A stretch of DNA of 52,737 nucleotides from Candidatus Krumholzibacteriota bacterium (lineage in GTDB: Bacteria; Krumholzibacteriota; Krumholzibacteriia; LZORAL124-64-63), in contig JBDLKA010000014.1 of the NCBI GenBank assembly GCA_039714075.1, positions 1-52,737 on the forward strand, read 5' to 3'. The position numbers and the translations under genes are program-made. Numbering within the stretch: the stretch's first letter is position 1; the number at the start of each line of letters is the position of its first letter. Positions 26,319 to 34,725 of the stretch are shown piece after piece. The notes under the pieces are model-generated. The model did no database searches. It saw nothing but the letters and a program-made list of their open reading frames with translations, and was not told where the DNA came from.

Positions 26319-27122
26319 CTAGTTCTGCGGCGGATCGCCCGCCACGATGGTGCGAGGATCAACCGCCTCGCCCTGCTGCCATATCTCGAAGTGCAGGTGG
26401 GGCCCGGTCGCCTGGCCGCTTTCGCCCATGTAGGCGACGACCTGCCCCGCTTCTATCCGATCACCCTTGCCAACCGCGATTCGGCTCAAATGGCCGTAAA
26501 CTGTTAAGTAACCCAATCCATGGCGGATTTCAACAAAGTTTCCCAGGAAGTCGTCCGTGCCCGTGCGGGCCACCACCCCCACCGCCGCCGCGGTGACCGG
26601 CGCATCCCGGGGTCCGGCGATATCGATTCCCAGGTGGGGCTTGACTCCCTGGATGATATTACCGGAAATAAACTCCCGGGTCACGAATCCTTTGGCGGGC
26701 CAGCGGTCGGGCCGGGGGCTCAGCGACAGGGCGGCCGCCCGCTGCATGCCTTCTTCCGCCGAACCGGGCTCCTCGGCCAGCCACGCGGCCAGCGAATCGG
26801 TCCCCACCGGAGAGGCGTCTTCCACCCCGAGCATGATCAGGAGTTTTTCCTGGACCGCCCGCATCTGGTCCAGTTCCCCCGCCAGCTCTCCGGCCACCAG
26901 GAGATCCTGCTTCGTGGTGGCCAACTGGTTCTCCAGTTCGCGGATCCGGGACCTTTCGGTGTGCTTGCCCGCGAACGATACCATCAGCAGGGCCACCACA
27001 CCCACCAGCATCGCCAGCAGGACGATGAGGGTCACGATCATCGGCCGGGAAATCCCGTACTGAAGGGTTTCCCCGTCGTCGCCGGGAACCAGGATGATTT
27101 TGGTGTGCGCGGGAATTCCCAT
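26319..27122 (-). CDS. M23-family peptidoglycan endopeptidase (bitopic, coiled-coil)
   Basis: Short N-tail, TM helix, coiled coil, HLGIDIA (HxxxD), YGHL, TGPHLHFE (HxH). Confidence 0.9.
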   Translation of the reverse strand: MGIPAHTKIILVPGDDGETLQYGISRPMIVTLIVLLAMLVGVVALLMVSFAGKHTERSRIRELENQLATTKQDLLVAGELAGELDQMRAVQEKLLIMLGVEDASPVGTDSLAAWLAEEPGSAEEGMQRAAALSLSPRPDRWPAKGFVTREFISGNIIQGVKPHLGIDIAGPRDAPVTAAAVGVVARTGTDDFLGNFVEIRHGLGYLTVYGHLSRIAVGKGDRIEAGQVVAYMGESGQATGPHLHFEIWQQGEAVDPRTIVAGDPPQN

Positions 27123-27124
27123 GG

Positions 27125-28516
27125 TCAATCTCGATCCTGGTTGCCGGCGGACAGTCCGTGGCTGATTCCGTTGCGGGCCCGGGGCAGCCAGAGAAGGAAT
27201 CCGGTCCCTTTGCCCGGATTGCTGTCCATTTCAATGCGCCCCCCGTGCTCATGCACGATTCGGGCCACGATGGACAGGCCCAAACCCGTCCCTTTGCCGT
27301 AGTCCTTGGTGGTGAAGAACGGCAGGAAGACCCGGTCGTGGTTTTCCCGGGGAATGCCTTCCCCGGTGTCCCGGAATTCCACCATGACCTCGCCTGGGCC
27401 GCCGTCCTGCATGTGGACATCGATGCTGCCGCCACCGGGCATGGAGTCAATGGCGTTGGCCAGCAGGTTGAAGAACACCTGCTCCAGTTCGTTGCGGTTG
27501 CCGAAGACGTACGGGTCCGTGCCTTCGGTGAGATTGAGCTCCACTCCCGCCAGCTTCAGGTTCTTTTCCATGAGGTAGGCGGTTTCGCTGATCGCTTCGG
27601 CCAGGTTCATGCTGCCGCGTTCGCTGCCCGTCGGTCGGGCAAAATTCAACAGCCCCTTGATGATGCCGCGGCATTGCTCCGTCTGCCGGATGATCCGGTG
27701 GATATCCTCGCTGTCGTCCTCGTTTTTCACGGTGTCTTCCAGCATCTGGGCCGACAGCAGGATGGATCCCAGCGGCGTGTTCAATTGGTGGGCGATGCCC
27801 GCGGCCAGCTGCCCGATCCCCGCCAGTTTTTCAGTTTCGCTCATGCGGCTTTCCAGCTGCTTTTCCGAAGTGATGTCGCGGGCGATGACCACGAAAGACC
27901 CGGTCTTTTCCGCCAGGGGGCCGGCGCCCGGCGAGATGCGCGACAAGGTCAGCGAAATCTGGGTGGCCGGGCCGTTTTCCTTTTCGATCCGGGCTTCGTA
28001 GTTGAAGCTGCGTCCCAGCCGCTGGATGTCGTTGACCGCCCGGTCGAGGGCCAGGTCCAGGTCCAGATCCAGTTTCTGGATTTTTTTGTTCAGCACGTTG
28101 CGGCGGGGCAGCCGGAAAAGGTCCTCCGCCCCTTTGTTCCACTCCAGGACCCGGCCGTCGTTGTCCAGCAGGAAGATGGCCTCGCCGGCGTGGTTGATGA
28201 TGCTGCGGTATTTCATTTCCGAACGCTTGAGGCGCAGGTTGCCCAGTTCGGTCACCCGCAGGCGAAAAAACGCGCTCCAACCCAGGATGATCACGAACAG
28301 CTGGAACAATCCGGTCCGCAGCATGTCGGTCAGGACCTGGCCGGATTTCCACTCGTCCTGCAACATGGCCTGAAGTGAACCGGTCTGCTGATAGGTATCG
28401 TGAAGCTCGAACAGGTTGATCAGAATGTAGGCCAGCGAGCCGCCCACCAGGGTGCCCAGGATTATCTGGAGCCTGAGGATCCGGCCGGGTCGCAGGAATT
28501 TGGCCAGCCGCTTCAT
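27125..28516 (-). CDS. PAS-domain sensor histidine kinase (2 TM), orphan
   Basis: Two TM segments, PAS (IFLLDNDGRVLEWNKGAEDLF), H-box AGIAHQLNTPL, QVFFNLLANA, DTGEGI, FFTTK..GTGLGL. Confidence 0.9.
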   Translation of the reverse strand: MKRLAKFLRPGRILRLQIILGTLVGGSLAYILINLFELHDTYQQTGSLQAMLQDEWKSGQVLTDMLRTGLFQLFVIILGWSAFFRLRVTELGNLRLKRSEMKYRSIINHAGEAIFLLDNDGRVLEWNKGAEDLFRLPRRNVLNKKIQKLDLDLDLALDRAVNDIQRLGRSFNYEARIEKENGPATQISLTLSRISPGAGPLAEKTGSFVVIARDITSEKQLESRMSETEKLAGIGQLAAGIAHQLNTPLGSILLSAQMLEDTVKNEDDSEDIHRIIRQTEQCRGIIKGLLNFARPTGSERGSMNLAEAISETAYLMEKNLKLAGVELNLTEGTDPYVFGNRNELEQVFFNLLANAIDSMPGGGSIDVHMQDGGPGEVMVEFRDTGEGIPRENHDRVFLPFFTTKDYGKGTGLGLSIVARIVHEHGGRIEMDSNPGKGTGFLLWLPRARNGISHGLSAGNQDRD

Positions 28517-28571
28517 CCCCGGCTCCCGTTTCCTTCAACGTGCGGCGAGAAGCCGTGGGTCGGCGCGGCGT

Positions 28572-29522
28572 TCATGAGATATCCGTATCGACGCCCATGA
28601 TCTTCAACACCCGCACCAGATCCGAGTCGGAAAAAAAGCGCAGGCTGATCGTACCTTTGCCGTTGTCCGCGTCCCGGGCGATGGTCACCGGGGAGCCGTA
28701 CACTCTTTCCGCGTTTTCCATCAGGGCGCGCAGGGCGGGGTCCGCCGAGGCGGCCGCCGTTTTCTTGCGGGTGATTTTTTTGCGGGGCTTGCTTCCCCCG
28801 GCCCGCACCCGGCGTTCACATTCGCGGACCGACAGATCGCGGCTGTGGCACATTTTCGCCAGCTGCACCCGCGCCGGTCCCGCGGGCAGACCCAACAGGG
28901 CCTTGGCGTGGCCACGGGTGATGCGGCCCTCCTGCAACAGGGTCAGGATTTCCTTTTCCAGGGTCAGGATCCGCAGCATGTTGGCGACGGTGCTTCGCTT
29001 CTTGCCCAGCATTTCGGCCAGTTCGTCCTGGGTCGCGCCGTAGGACTCCAGCAGATTGCGGTACGCTTCGGCTTCCTCTACCGGACCCAGATCTTCGCGC
29101 TGGATATTTTCCAGGAGGGCCACCCGGAGAGCTTCGGTTTCTTCGTAGGTGCAGACCAGGGCGGGCACTTCGGACAGACCCGCCAGACGGGCCGCGCGCA
29201 CCCGGCGCTCGCCGGCCACCACGCTGAAGGAAACCGTAGACAAGGGCGCCTGGCTGTCGGGATGCTGGATGGCGGTTTCCCCGCCCTGAAGCTGCCGCAC
29301 CAGGACCGGCTGCAGGATGCCCACCTGTTTTATGGAATCCGCCAGTTCGTCTAACTTGTTGCTGTCAAACAATTTACGCGGCTGGTCTTTATTGAAGCCG
29401 ATGTTTTCCAGGGGCACCAGATGAATACTGGCGTCCTCGTCGGGAGCCGTGGTCATTCCCTTGAGATCGGCTCCCTGGATCAGCGCGGACAGACCTTTGC
29501 CCAGAACCCGATTCTTGCTCAT
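28572..29522 (-). CDS. parB: Chromosome partitioning protein ParB/Spo0J
   Basis: LGKGLSALI N-motif, QPRKLF, GILQPVLVR, VAGERRVRA, ENIQREDL, HTH with RSTVANMLR, GHAKALL. Confidence 0.95.
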   Translation of the reverse strand: MSKNRVLGKGLSALIQGADLKGMTTAPDEDASIHLVPLENIGFNKDQPRKLFDSNKLDELADSIKQVGILQPVLVRQLQGGETAIQHPDSQAPLSTVSFSVVAGERRVRAARLAGLSEVPALVCTYEETEALRVALLENIQREDLGPVEEAEAYRNLLESYGATQDELAEMLGKKRSTVANMLRILTLEKEILTLLQEGRITRGHAKALLGLPAGPARVQLAKMCHSRDLSVRECERRVRAGGSKPRKKITRKKTAAASADPALRALMENAERVYGSPVTIARDADNGKGTISLRFFSDSDLVRVLKIMGVDTDIS

Positions 29523-29535
29523 GGAGTCGCCCTCC

Positions 29536-30309
29536 TCAGCCAACGGCGCGCTTTTCATTTTTTGCGATCACTTCCTTCGCCAGTTCCAGATAGCTCCTGG
29601 CCCCCACGCACTCCACATCGTAGAGCAGGATGGGTTTCCCGAAGGACGGAGCTTCACTCAGGCGTACGTTGCGGGGAATCTTGGTTTCGTAGACGGTCTC
29701 GCCAAAGAAATCGATGGCTTCCTCGGCCACCTGGTTCGAAAGCTTCAACCGGCGGTCGAACATCGTCAACAGGACGCCCTCCAGGCGCAGGGCCGGATTC
29801 AGGCTGCGCTGGACAAGCTGCACGGTGCTGAGCAACTGGCTCAATCCCTCCAGGGCATAGTATTCACATTGGATGGGAATGAGCACGGAATCCGAGGCCG
29901 TCAGGGCGTTGAGGGTCAACATTCCCAGGCTGGGAGGCGTGTCGATGACGATGAATTCATACCGGCCCCGCAGGGCCTCGAGCGCCGTTTTCAGATAACC
30001 CTCGCGGTTGTCCTCGGCCACCAACTCGACTTCAGCGCCGGATAGCCGGCGGTCCGTCGGCAGCACATCCAGGAAGGGAATGTGTGTGTTGTGGATGCAT
30101 TCCCCCAAGGACGCGCCGCCCAACATGAATTCATAACTTGTTGAGTTGTCTGGCGATACACCAACACCACTGGAGGCGTTTCCCTGGGGATCGAGGTCGA
30201 TCAGCAGGGTTCGTCTTTCCGCCACGGCCAGGCTGGCGCTAAGATTGACGGCCGTGGTGGTCTTGCCGACTCCGCCTTTTTGATTGGAAATGGATACGAT
30301 TTTACTCAT
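29536..30309 (-). CDS. parA: Chromosome partitioning ATPase ParA/Soj
   Basis: NQKGGVGKTTT, DLDPQGNAS, IDTPPSLG, PIQCEYYALEGL, IPRNVRLSEAPSFG. Confidence 0.97.
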   Translation of the reverse strand: MSKIVSISNQKGGVGKTTTAVNLSASLAVAERRTLLIDLDPQGNASSGVGVSPDNSTSYEFMLGGASLGECIHNTHIPFLDVLPTDRRLSGAEVELVAEDNREGYLKTALEALRGRYEFIVIDTPPSLGMLTLNALTASDSVLIPIQCEYYALEGLSQLLSTVQLVQRSLNPALRLEGVLLTMFDRRLKLSNQVAEEAIDFFGETVYETKIPRNVRLSEAPSFGKPILLYDVECVGARSYLELAKEVIAKNEKRAVG

Positions 30310-30436
30310 GGCAGGGATCCGTTCTCTTTTGATTCCTCCGTGACGGGATATGGGGAGGCCAATTTACCTCCAATTGGGACTCCACGTCAAGGCGCACCGC
30401 GGGGATTCAGGACTATTCAGGACAATTCGAGATAAT

Positions 30437-30452
30437 TGTTCCACGTGGAACA
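30437..30452. other. parS site 1 (TGTTCCACGTGGAACA)
   Basis: Perfect match to the widespread parS consensus TGTTNCACGTGNAACA, upstream of parA. Confidence 0.93.
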
Positions 30453-30478
30453 TGGGATTGTGGGAGGGGACGAGGGCT

Positions 30479-30494
30479 TGTTCCACGTGGAACA
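30479..30494. other. parS site 2 (TGTTCCACGTGGAACA)
   Basis: Second identical palindrome, 42 bp start-to-start from site 1. Confidence 0.93.
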
Positions 30495-30520
30495 TCCCGT
30501 GGTTAACCTAAAGGGAGGCT

Positions 30521-31255
30521 TCAGGAGGGGGTGATCCTATAGGGCGACAGAACCAGGCTGGCCCCGCGGGGCGACTTCGAAAGCAGAACGCCCCCCCCCG
30601 CCCCTTGGAATTCCCAACCCGGAATGACCCAGGCTTCCCCGGCGGGCGGAATCTCCAGATCCCGGGCAAGGTCTTCGTTCCAGTCCTGGCCAGGAGGATA
30701 AAAGCGTGCGATCAACAATTCCAAACCCCCGGGAACCTGCTCCGCCGCCGGCAAAAAGGGAACCAGGCCGTCCAATACCTCGGTGTCCGTTAAATGGAGG
30801 GCTTTAAGCGATATCAGGATGTTGGTCGGATTGGCCGGCTCGGCCGTCTGCCCCGCACCACCCCTGGAGGCGTTTTCCCAGCGGCCGGCCAGCACCTCAA
30901 GCGGTTTGACGCCCTCCAGGCTGTTCAGCCGCTTCAAAAACCAGGCGCGCTTTTCCCTGGGTTCAACCAAAAGCGTCCGGACGGGAATCCCGTCAGCAGC
31001 CGCCTGCAGATGCCAGATAAAACCAGGCAGACCCGCTCCGGAGCCCAGGTCGAAGTACCAAAGGCTGGTTTCCGGGGAAAAACCACTGGCCTCCGCCGCA
31101 GCCAAATGTTTCCAGCTGTTGCGGCACTGGAGAATCAGCCGCTCGAGCCTGTCCCGGGTGGCCTGCCGGGAAACAAGATTGATCTGCCGGTTCCAGCGCA
31201 GCACCTGCTCGCGATAGGCATCCAGGACCTTATCTAGATGCGGACGGGTGCTCAT
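30521..31255 (-). CDS. rsmG: 16S rRNA m7G527 methyltransferase RsmG/GidB (divergent)
   Basis: WNRQINLVSR, DLGSGAGLPG, LVEPREKRAWFL; position between mnmG and parA. Confidence 0.8.
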   Translation of the reverse strand: MSTRPHLDKVLDAYREQVLRWNRQINLVSRQATRDRLERLILQCRNSWKHLAAAEASGFSPETSLWYFDLGSGAGLPGFIWHLQAAADGIPVRTLLVEPREKRAWFLKRLNSLEGVKPLEVLAGRWENASRGGAGQTAEPANPTNILISLKALHLTDTEVLDGLVPFLPAAEQVPGGLELLIARFYPPGQDWNEDLARDLEIPPAGEAWVIPGWEFQGAGGGVLLSKSPRGASLVLSPYRITPS

Positions 31256-33207
31256 GGCCGCTGTCTCCCTTGATCTTCCGCCAAAGAATCCGCCTCCTGG
31301 GCAGCCGCAAGTTTTTTCAGGTAAACCGTCAGCACCGCCAGATCCCCGGCCCGCACCCCGTCAATGCGGCCGGCCTGGCCAAGGGTGGCCGGCCGGATCC
31401 GGTCCAATTTTTCCCGTGCCTCGAAGCTCAAGGAGGTCAACGACTTATAGTCCAGTGTGCCCGGAAGCTCAAAGTGGTCCAAATGCTCCCGGTTGCGCAG
31501 CAGGCGGTTGTGTTTGGCGATGTACCCGTCGTATTTGATGTCGTTCTCCACCTGGGCCTCGGCGCCCGCCAACAAATGAGGGGAGGTACAGGTTTCCCTC
31601 AGGGCCCGATACCGACTCTCAACCTCATTCCAGAAATCGTCCGGCGCCTGGGTTTGCTGTTTCAGTTCCGCCAGCCCCACGCCGGGGAATTTCAGGTAGT
31701 CGACCGCCATCAGGCGCAGGCCTTTTTCCTTGGCGAAGACGCTGGTTTTCTGCAGTAGGCCGGTGTACCCGCGCACAAAAGCCCGCCGGGCCACAAGCAT
31801 CTTCTGTTCCCGGTCGGACAGCAGGCCCAGCTCCAGAGCCAGATCCATCAGGCGGTCCTCCGCGTTGTCGCAGCGCAAATGAAGCCGGTGCTCGGCCCGG
31901 GAAGTGAACATCCGGTAGGGTTCGTTGATTTCCTTGGTCACCAGGTCGTCCACCAGCACCCCGACATAGGCCTGGTCGCGCCCGACTTCCAGGCCAGCCC
32001 GGCCGTCCAGCGACCTGACGGCGTTGGCCGCGGCCACCAGTCCCTGGGCGGCGGCTTCCTCGTAACCTGAAGTGCCCAGAATTTGTCCCGCAAGATAAAG
32101 TCCCGCAATGGATTTGGTTTCCAGGCTGCGGTGGATCTGCCAACTGGGCACACTGTCGTATTCCACCGCGTAGCCGTAGCGCACGATGCGGGCGGACTCC
32201 AGACCGGGAATAGACTGGACCACCCTGTCCTGGACGTCGGCGGGCAGGCTTGTCGACAACCCGTTCACATAGATCTCGTCGGTGTCCCGGCCTTCGGGCT
32301 CCAGAAACAACAGGTGCCGGTTCTTGTCCGCGAACCGCACCACCTTGTCCTCGATGGAGGGGCAGTAGCGGGGTCCCTGGCCCTCGATCACCCCACCGAA
32401 CAGCGGGGACCGGTCCATGCTTTGGCTGATGATCCGGTGGGTTTCTTCGTTGGTGTAGGCCAGGTGGCATTCGATCTGGTCGGGAGAGAACACCTCGGTC
32501 CGGAAAGAGAATGGAGCGGGATCCAAATCGCCCTTTTGTGGTATAAGTTGTTTAAAATCAATAGTTTGCGACAGCAGCCGGGGCGGGGTTCCTGTTTTCA
32601 GGCGTTTCAACATGAAGCCATGGTCGGCCAGGCTTCCACTCAGGCTTTCGCTGCTGGCCGCGCCTTCACGGCCGCCGGTGGTGCGATTGTCACCGACGTG
32701 CATCAACCCCTTCATGAAGGTGCCGGTGCACAAAATCACCCGCGCGCCCGTCAGGGTGCGGCCGCTTGCCAGCTCGACTCCGGTAATCCGTCGCCCCCCG
32801 GAAACGGAAGGGTCCTCTTCGACAACCAGACCCGTCACATCATCCGCCACCACTTCGAGGCCATCCTGGGCCAGCGCCGCGGCGGACATCCGCCGCTGAT
32901 AGTCCTGCTTGTCGGCTTGGGCCCGGGGCGACCTCACGGCGGGCCCCTTTTTGGTGTTCAGAACCCGGAACTGGATGCCGGATTGGTCGATGGCGACCCC
33001 CATCTCCCCACCTAATACATCAATTTCCCTAACCAGGTGCCCTTTACCCAGGCCTCCGATGGCGGGGTTGCAAGGCATCCTTCCGATTTCATCGGCATCG
33101 TGGGTCGCCAGGGCGGTTCGCGCCCCCATGCGTGCGGCGGCCAGGGCGGCTTCGAGCCCCGCATGGCCTCCTCCCACCACAATGATGTCGAACCCGGAAG
33201 TTTTCAT
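31252..33207 (-). CDS. mnmG: tRNA U34 modification enzyme MnmG/GidA
   Basis: VVGGGHAGLEAA, MPCNPAIGGLGKG, RLKTGTPPR, GPRYCPSIEDK, GTSGYEEAAAQG, EPYRMFTSRAE. Confidence 0.98.
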   Translation of the reverse strand: MKTSGFDIIVVGGGHAGLEAALAAARMGARTALATHDADEIGRMPCNPAIGGLGKGHLVREIDVLGGEMGVAIDQSGIQFRVLNTKKGPAVRSPRAQADKQDYQRRMSAAALAQDGLEVVADDVTGLVVEEDPSVSGGRRITGVELASGRTLTGARVILCTGTFMKGLMHVGDNRTTGGREGAASSESLSGSLADHGFMLKRLKTGTPPRLLSQTIDFKQLIPQKGDLDPAPFSFRTEVFSPDQIECHLAYTNEETHRIISQSMDRSPLFGGVIEGQGPRYCPSIEDKVVRFADKNRHLLFLEPEGRDTDEIYVNGLSTSLPADVQDRVVQSIPGLESARIVRYGYAVEYDSVPSWQIHRSLETKSIAGLYLAGQILGTSGYEEAAAQGLVAAANAVRSLDGRAGLEVGRDQAYVGVLVDDLVTKEINEPYRMFTSRAEHRLHLRCDNAEDRLMDLALELGLLSDREQKMLVARRAFVRGYTGLLQKTSVFAKEKGLRLMAVDYLKFPGVGLAELKQQTQAPDDFWNEVESRYRALRETCTSPHLLAGAEAQVENDIKYDGYIAKHNRLLRNREHLDHFELPGTLDYKSLTSLSFEAREKLDRIRPATLGQAGRIDGVRAGDLAVLTVYLKKLAAAQEADSLAEDQGRQRP

Positions 33208-33209
33208 AT

Positions 33210-34595
33210 CTATTTTCCCACGCAGAAACGCTGAAACACGCTTTCCAGAAGATGCTCGGTAAACACGCGGCCCGAAACCTCTCCCAGTTGGCTGAGGATC
33301 GATGAAAGCATGGTCCCGGTCACTTCGTCGCCGGGCGCCCCGGTTTCAAGTTCGTGGATGAGGATTTCAAGATCGGACCTGCAGACGGACAACTTGTGCA
33401 GATGGCGCTCGTTGAGCACCACCCCCAGGGAAACGGCTTCCTGGATCCGGAAACCCTCAACCGCCAGGTCCAGGGCGGACCAGAGTTCCGCCATCCCCTG
33501 CCCCGTGTGGCTGGAGACCTCTAAATTGCTGTCTTTTTGTGAGTTATGGATATCGTTCAAGTCAACTTTCGTCCGCACGGGAATTACCGGGGCTTCGCAG
33601 TCCGGCCACGCATCCGGATCCGGATCCGCTGAATCGGCAAGCAACAGAACGATGTCCGCTTCGCTGACTTTTTTCCAGGTTCGGTCGATGCCCATTTTCT
33701 CCACCCGGTCGGGATCGTCCCGCAGGCCGGCCGTGTCGTGGAACAGAAAGATGCGGCCGCGGTGGTTGACCCGGGCGGAAACCACGTCCCGGGTGGTGCC
33801 GGCCTCGCCGTCCACCAGGGCGCGGTCCTCTTCCAGGAGCGCGTTGAACAAACTGCTTTTGCCGACGTTCGGGGCCCCCGCCAGAACCACGTGGATTCCC
33901 TCGCGCAGCAGACGGCCCGCCGGGGCCATGACCAGAAGCTCGTCCACCTTCCGGCGGGCGTTCTTAAGGCCGGCGATGATCTCGTCGCCGGGCACGGCGA
34001 CCTCTTCCTCTTCGACGAATTCCAGGGAGCCTTCGATCCTGGCCAGCAGCCGTAAAAGAGGATCTTCGATCGCCGATAACTGGTCGTCGAGACCACCGAG
34101 CAGCTGGCGGATCGCACCCCGGGCCGAGGCCTCGCTTTCGGCGTGGATCAGGTCGGCCACCGCCTCGGCCTGGTCCAGGCTGAGCTTGCCGTTGAGGAAA
34201 GCGCGCCGGGTAAATTCCCCGGGTCCGGCGGGCCGGGCGCCGACCTTCCGGCAGGCGGCCACGACCATCCTGGCAGCCATCCGACCGCCGTGACAGAAGA
34301 ACTCGACCGTGTCTTCACCGGTGTAGCTGTGGGGTCCGCGCAGCGGCAGGGCCAAGGCTTGGTCAATTGGATAACTTGTTTCCTCATCGTCTTTTAAAGA
34401 AAACAGTATACCGTATACAGCCCTGTGAGACTCCACATCCTGCCCGAAGCCGCGGCTTTCGAAGACCTTTTTCGCCAGGCCGAAGGCCTCCGGTCCACTC
34501 AGGCGCACCACGGCCAATCCCCCCTCCCCTTCCGGGGTGGCCAGGGCCACTATTGTGTCCGGATTGTTGTCCAGATCCAAGCTGTCCAGTTCCAT
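33210..34595 (-). CDS. mnmE: tRNA modification GTPase MnmE/TrmE
   Basis: DTIVALATP, SYTGED, GEFTRRAFLNGK, GAPNVGKSS, GTTRD, DTAG, terminal FCVGK. Confidence 0.97.
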   Translation of the reverse strand: MELDSLDLDNNPDTIVALATPEGEGGLAVVRLSGPEAFGLAKKVFESRGFGQDVESHRAVYGILFSLKDDEETSYPIDQALALPLRGPHSYTGEDTVEFFCHGGRMAARMVVAACRKVGARPAGPGEFTRRAFLNGKLSLDQAEAVADLIHAESEASARGAIRQLLGGLDDQLSAIEDPLLRLLARIEGSLEFVEEEEVAVPGDEIIAGLKNARRKVDELLVMAPAGRLLREGIHVVLAGAPNVGKSSLFNALLEEDRALVDGEAGTTRDVVSARVNHRGRIFLFHDTAGLRDDPDRVEKMGIDRTWKKVSEADIVLLLADSADPDPDAWPDCEAPVIPVRTKVDLNDIHNSQKDSNLEVSSHTGQGMAELWSALDLAVEGFRIQEAVSLGVVLNERHLHKLSVCRSDLEILIHELETGAPGDEVTGTMLSSILSQLGEVSGRVFTEHLLESVFQRFCVGK

Positions 34596-34654
34596 CAATT
34601 CACCTCAAGCGGCAACCGCGGACCGGCCGCGCGGCGCAGGGAAAATCAATCCCG

Positions 34655-34687
34655 TAAACATAAGGAGCGGCGCCGAAACGCCGCTCC
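34655..34687 (-). terminator. Probable terminator after jag
   Basis: GGAGCGGCG / CGCCGCTCC stem (34664..34687) followed on the minus strand by TTATGTTT. Confidence 0.55.
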
Positions 34688-34725
34688 CATGATAACCCCA
34701 AACAAAACCGTCCAGAAGTTATTCC

